DNA of 64,000 nt from an uncultured Verrucomicrobiae bacterium (GTDB lineage: Bacteria; Verrucomicrobiota; Verrucomicrobiia; Chthoniobacterales; UBA10450), in the NCBI GenBank assembly GCA_963815455.1, contig CAWFGO010000001.1:896001-960000 (forward strand). The letters are read 5' to 3'. How positions within the stretch are numbered: the first letter of the stretch is position 1; each line of letters begins with the position of its first letter. The position numbers were made by a program, and so were the translations under genes. The notes below the pieces were generated by a model that made no database searches, was not told where the DNA came from, and worked only from the letters and a program-made list of their open reading frames with translations. Shown here one piece after another: positions 60,249-64,000 of the stretch.

Positions 60249-61160
60249 ATGAAACGCCGGATCGAGGAACAACCGTTTCTGTGCCGGACCAGAAGGGCAC
60301 CCTGCCTCCCGGCCCCCGCCAGGCGCAGCGCTCGCTCTCGAAAGGATCGACATCCTCTTCCACTCTGGTTGGGAGCAGCCATCCTGCTCCATCTCGCCTC
60401 GGTCTCAACTTGGGCCGCGCCCACCTGGCAATCGACCGTTACCAACGAGCCGCCCGGCAATTTCCCGGCACTCCAACCGCTCCGGGCTACCTATCGCTTC
60501 GGGTGGTCTGGATTTACCGCAGCGACGGGCGAGCTCCACTTCACCGGATCATCCGGTAATCGGTTTCAACTCGAGGGAACCGCTCGAACAATCGGCCTTG
60601 TTCGCGCTCTGTGGAAGCTGGATGCCAACCAACATGCGCTCGCTGATGCGGACACGCTACGTCCGATTGAAATGAAGCAGATCGAAACCTACCGGCGAAA
60701 AAAGTTGGTTACGCAGCTCACTTTTACCCGTCAGGGCGTCACGCGCGCCCGGACTGAAGGCCCGGACCCAGGAACGACAAAGACCAAACAATTCAGTTTT
60801 CCAAACTTGTTCGATTTACACTCGGCCGTCCTTTATCTGCGGAGCCAGCCGCTAAATAACGGTAGCGTGTATCGCCTGGCTGTTTATCCGGCCAGCACCC
60901 CTTATCTGGCCACCCTTACAGTGTTGGGACGCGAAAAAATTTCAGTGCACGCCGGAAATTACGACGCCATTAAATTCGATCTGAAACTCCAAAAGATTGC
61001 CAAGAACCTGGAGCTCGAGCCGCATCGGAAATTTCGCCGCGCTACCCTGTGGGTCTCAGATGATACCCACCGCCTCCTGTTGCGAGTCGAAGCCCAAATT
61101 TTTGTTGGAACCGTTTTCGCGGAGCTGCAATCGGTGGAGTTCGACAAGCCTAAGTCGTAA
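60249..61160 (+). CDS. DUF3108-like exported protein
   Basis: YRFGWSG..A, FDL.S and LWVSDD..RL motifs; start uncertain. Confidence 0.7.
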   Translation: MKRRIEEQPFLCRTRRAPCLPAPARRSARSRKDRHPLPLWLGAAILLHLASVSTWAAPTWQSTVTNEPPGNFPALQPLRATYRFGWSGFTAATGELHFTGSSGNRFQLEGTARTIGLVRALWKLDANQHALADADTLRPIEMKQIETYRRKKLVTQLTFTRQGVTRARTEGPDPGTTKTKQFSFPNLFDLHSAVLYLRSQPLNNGSVYRLAVYPASTPYLATLTVLGREKISVHAGNYDAIKFDLKLQKIAKNLELEPHRKFRRATLWVSDDTHRLLLRVEAQIFVGTVFAELQSVEFDKPKS

Positions 61161-61174
61161 ACAGGATCGACAAT

Positions 61175-61966
61175 TTACTCCCGAATCCACTCGCCGCGCA
61201 CAGGCGGTTCGGGACGGGGCCGCACAATGGATCGGCGCGGGCCGAAGACCGGCATTCGGGCGCCGGGCAGCAGATCCAGCGCGGCAAGCGTTCCCAGGTC
61301 CAGCCGGCCGGTGACTGGAAGCCCGACCCGCGACTGGTAGGCCCGGAGCGAGAATTCCATGCTCGGGCCGTAAACGCCATCGATCTCGCCGCGGTACAAA
61401 TCGCGCCGTTCGAGTATTCTTTGCGCCGACGCGACCACGTCATGCTGCACTCCGGGCGGCGCTGTCGCGTAAGGCGTGCCGGCAAAAAGCCCGCCGGCCG
61501 GCGGAACAACGGTTACCGGACTCGAAGGAAAAACTTGTGGAGCCGTCGGTGCATTTGAAAAGGGTTCGGTCTGCCTGCGGCCACCGCCGTTATCTGATGG
61601 CTCCCTCGCGAAAGGTTGAAGCTGCGTTTCGGGCTCGGGCTCGGTTTCCCGGGAAGATTGTTCGGTGGGCTCCGAGGCGCTTGGGCGGGGAGAGGGCGAA
61701 TATTTGACGACCGGTTGGGTCGGTTCGGAAGCATTGGCCCCTAACGAGCGCATAGTTTCAGCGTCGAGATCACCAGTAACCTGCAAACCGTTCCGGATTT
61801 GAAAACGGCGAATCGCCGCCGTGGTGTCCGCATTTTTGCTGCCGGTAATCTCGCCATAGTAAAATCCCTGGTCCTTCAGAGCCAGTTGCGCCCCGGCAAT
61901 CGTGTCGTCTGCCCGAGTCAGCGCCACCGAGCCGAGAAAAATCACGAGAACAATCCTAAGATTCAT
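61175..61966 (-). CDS. Peptidoglycan-binding domain protein (two PG_binding_1 repeats)
   Basis: AIRRFQ..NGL.VTG.LD and IDG.YGP..AYQ..GLPVTG.LD motifs. Confidence 0.85.
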   Translation of the reverse strand: MNLRIVLVIFLGSVALTRADDTIAGAQLALKDQGFYYGEITGSKNADTTAAIRRFQIRNGLQVTGDLDAETMRSLGANASEPTQPVVKYSPSPRPSASEPTEQSSRETEPEPETQLQPFAREPSDNGGGRRQTEPFSNAPTAPQVFPSSPVTVVPPAGGLFAGTPYATAPPGVQHDVVASAQRILERRDLYRGEIDGVYGPSMEFSLRAYQSRVGLPVTGRLDLGTLAALDLLPGARMPVFGPRRSIVRPRPEPPVRGEWIRE

Positions 61967-62008
61967 GTCGATAGATGTTCCCTTTTGACGGAGTCTTTTC
62001 TTGCTTAT

Positions 62009-62815
62009 TCAGCGCCCGGCGGGCGCAGTCACTGCCAGCGTCGTCTGGCGCTGTTTCAACAGGTCGCGATAGCGCAAAACACCATCGGTGATGGCGGCGG
62101 CAAGTTGCTCGCGGTACTCGGCATTCCCCAATTTTGCGATGTCCTCCTTATTGCTGAGAAATCCACCCTCGACCAGGACGGCCGGGCGAATCACGTTAGC
62201 GATCACAAAAAATTGCCGGGGCTTCGCTCCCCGATCGACAGCTCCGGTTCGCGCGACGACTGCTTCCTGAATAAAACCGGCCAGGCTTTGGCTTTCCAAA
62301 TTGGGGGCTTCGCCGGCACTTGGCGGCGACAAAAACGGAATCCACGAAATCAGCGACGACGCCGGCGCGATCTGATGATCCGCGTAATATGTTTCCACTC
62401 CGCTGGCCAGGGGACGTTCGCCTTCGTTAAAATGAATGCTAACAAAAATGCAGTCGCGGGCGCGGTTGGCGAACCGGACACGATCGGCCAGCGAAATGAA
62501 CGCGTCGTCGTAGCGCGTCATCAAGGTGGCTACGCCTTCGGCCGCCAATAGTCGATCGACCCGCTGGGCCACGTCCAAGGTCAGGTCCTTCTCCAGGACT
62601 GTTCCGCACATCGCGCCGGAATCCTCACCGCCATGGCCGGGATCGAGGATCACCATTTCGACCGATCCCCGCAACGGAGACGAGCGCGCAATTCCTTGTC
62701 TGCCCTGTGGCGTCGGCATCGACACAATCCAGACAAAAGAGACCACCATCAGCAACAGCCCGATCCACGCCGCTGTGTCTCGCATCGACCGCCCGGTCCG
62801 AAGTCGCCGCAACAT
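62009..62815 (-). CDS. N-acetylmuramoyl-L-alanine amidase (Amidase_3)
   Basis: LDPGHGGED, EK, FVSIHFN and PAVLVEGGF motifs. Confidence 0.92.
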   Translation of the reverse strand: MLRRLRTGRSMRDTAAWIGLLLMVVSFVWIVSMPTPQGRQGIARSSPLRGSVEMVILDPGHGGEDSGAMCGTVLEKDLTLDVAQRVDRLLAAEGVATLMTRYDDAFISLADRVRFANRARDCIFVSIHFNEGERPLASGVETYYADHQIAPASSLISWIPFLSPPSAGEAPNLESQSLAGFIQEAVVARTGAVDRGAKPRQFFVIANVIRPAVLVEGGFLSNKEDIAKLGNAEYREQLAAAITDGVLRYRDLLKQRQTTLAVTAPAGR

Positions 62816-62825
62816 GATCCGTCTC

Positions 62826-63605
62826 CTACTTGTTGATTAACGCACGCGCTTCGTCATCCGACAAGGCACGATACCGAATCGCCCTGCCCGAGTCGCGCTC
62901 CAACACTCCAGCTTCGATACCCATCCTGGCAAGTTGCTCCTGTCGATGCTCGGCGAGCGCGGCCCGTTGCGGTAATTCTTTCACGCCATCTTTTTGTAAT
63001 GCCATGTGCCCAATGCTCCAGACATCGATCGCAGAGCTCAATGCCGCCGCCAGCGTCGCACCCGGTGCATGCTCCGTTTTCAGAAACGTTTCCATCAGCT
63101 CGGCTGATTGTCGCGTCCCGCTCAGAACAGCGAAATCCTGTCGGGTCTCGACAAAGGTTCCACCGTTAGTGGCGATCGCGCCGTCGTAATCAACTCGCAA
63201 AAACAAATCGTCCTCAGCGCGCGCGCCGACTTCAGCAAAAAGCATTCGGGCCAGATAAGGCGCCCCGTAAACCTGTTCGAAAGCGCTTTTCATCGCCGGG
63301 CTCAAGGAATAATGGGCCAGCCGGCGCAGAGAAACATCCGCCGCCGATCGGGTGAAACCTTCCGTGCTGGCCAGTTCGATCGCGGCCATGCGCAGTCGCT
63401 CGATATCACCGGGATGACCGATCGCCCCCATGGCAATGCGATCGTAGATCTCGAAAATTTTCTGACCGGCCCGGCCAAGCGTGAGAAACAGAATGCCGTC
63501 GCTGTAACCGACCGCCGCAATTGGACTGCCCGAAGCCAACTGCGTCTCGATGTACTCGCGACGATTGGCAATCGCTTCAACCCAACGATAAGGTTCTTCG
63601 ATCAT
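62826..63605 (-). CDS. prcA: 20S proteasome subunit alpha
   Basis: MIEEPY..., KIFEIYDRIAM.AIG...D.E.LR; adjacent to the beta subunit. Confidence 0.8.
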   Translation of the reverse strand: MIEEPYRWVEAIANRREYIETQLASGSPIAAVGYSDGILFLTLGRAGQKIFEIYDRIAMGAIGHPGDIERLRMAAIELASTEGFTRSAADVSLRRLAHYSLSPAMKSAFEQVYGAPYLARMLFAEVGARAEDDLFLRVDYDGAIATNGGTFVETRQDFAVLSGTRQSAELMETFLKTEHAPGATLAAALSSAIDVWSIGHMALQKDGVKELPQRAALAEHRQEQLARMGIEAGVLERDSGRAIRYRALSDDEARALINK

Positions 63606-64000
63606 GCCACCGTTCTCTCGAATACCGCCGCGATCTGTTCTTCGGGCATCGTCTTGATCCCCTCGCCCGAAACAATCTTGATCAGGGGATAAATCTTTCC
63701 ACTGCGATCGACCCCGCCCGTGGCCGTGTCCGATTCGGCCGCCGTATCCAAGGCGCGCAACGCCACCGTGATTGCCTCTTCTTCGCTCCGCTCCTGCAAC
63801 GGCCTGGCCCCCCAATGATTTTCGTAATAGAGAATGCCGCGCACCGCCGGCGATCCCGACCCGGTCGCAGCATAATCGGCCACCTCAAATTGCGCTCCCA
63901 TCGCGTCGTAGAAATAAAGACGCCCCCCAGGTTTTGCGCTGGAATCGTAGGTGGCAAAAATTGGCACCACCATTCCCAGGCCCTGCAAGGCCAGGCCGAA
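63602..64000 (-). CDS. prcB: 20S proteasome subunit beta, 5' truncated by window edge
   Basis: GLALQG..VVP.FA.YD, ATGSGS and AAESDTATGG motifs. Confidence 0.82.
   Translation of the reverse strand, partial: FGLALQGLGMVVPIFATYDSSAKPGGRLYFYDAMGAQFEVADYAATGSGSPAVRGILYYENHWGARPLQERSEEEAITVALRALDTAAESDTATGGVDRSGKIYPLIKIVSGEGIKTMPEEQIAAVFERTVA

Overview
64-kb GC-rich bacterial chromosome segment. Gene content suggests Verrucomicrobiota, probably Chthoniobacterales/'Ca. Udaeobacter'-like; this is inference only. It spans the dnaA-dnaN locus with a probable oriC and mostly housekeeping genes: uvrC, folD, ubiX, mtnP, miaB, def, aspS, hisS, galE, mscL, leuS, rdgB, metK-ahcY with a SahR-like regulator, glpX, mqnC, bamA-skp, two TonB/ExbBD clusters and 20S proteasome alpha/beta genes. 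The most striking feature is a dense set of several distinct families of short palindromic REP/REPIN-like elements. They occur between genes, nest inside one another, supply stop codons, and sit in frame inside conserved proteins: UvrC, MiaB, a GT9 transferase, an OGG-like glycosylase with about 6 inserts, LeuRS and a metal-binding outer-membrane protein. This resembles Rickettsia palindromic elements but involves multiple families. No cognate transposase is visible in the window. Three single-base frameshifts are probably assembly errors. No rRNA, tRNA or CRISPR array was recognised. Product calls come from motif recognition by eye, without database searches.
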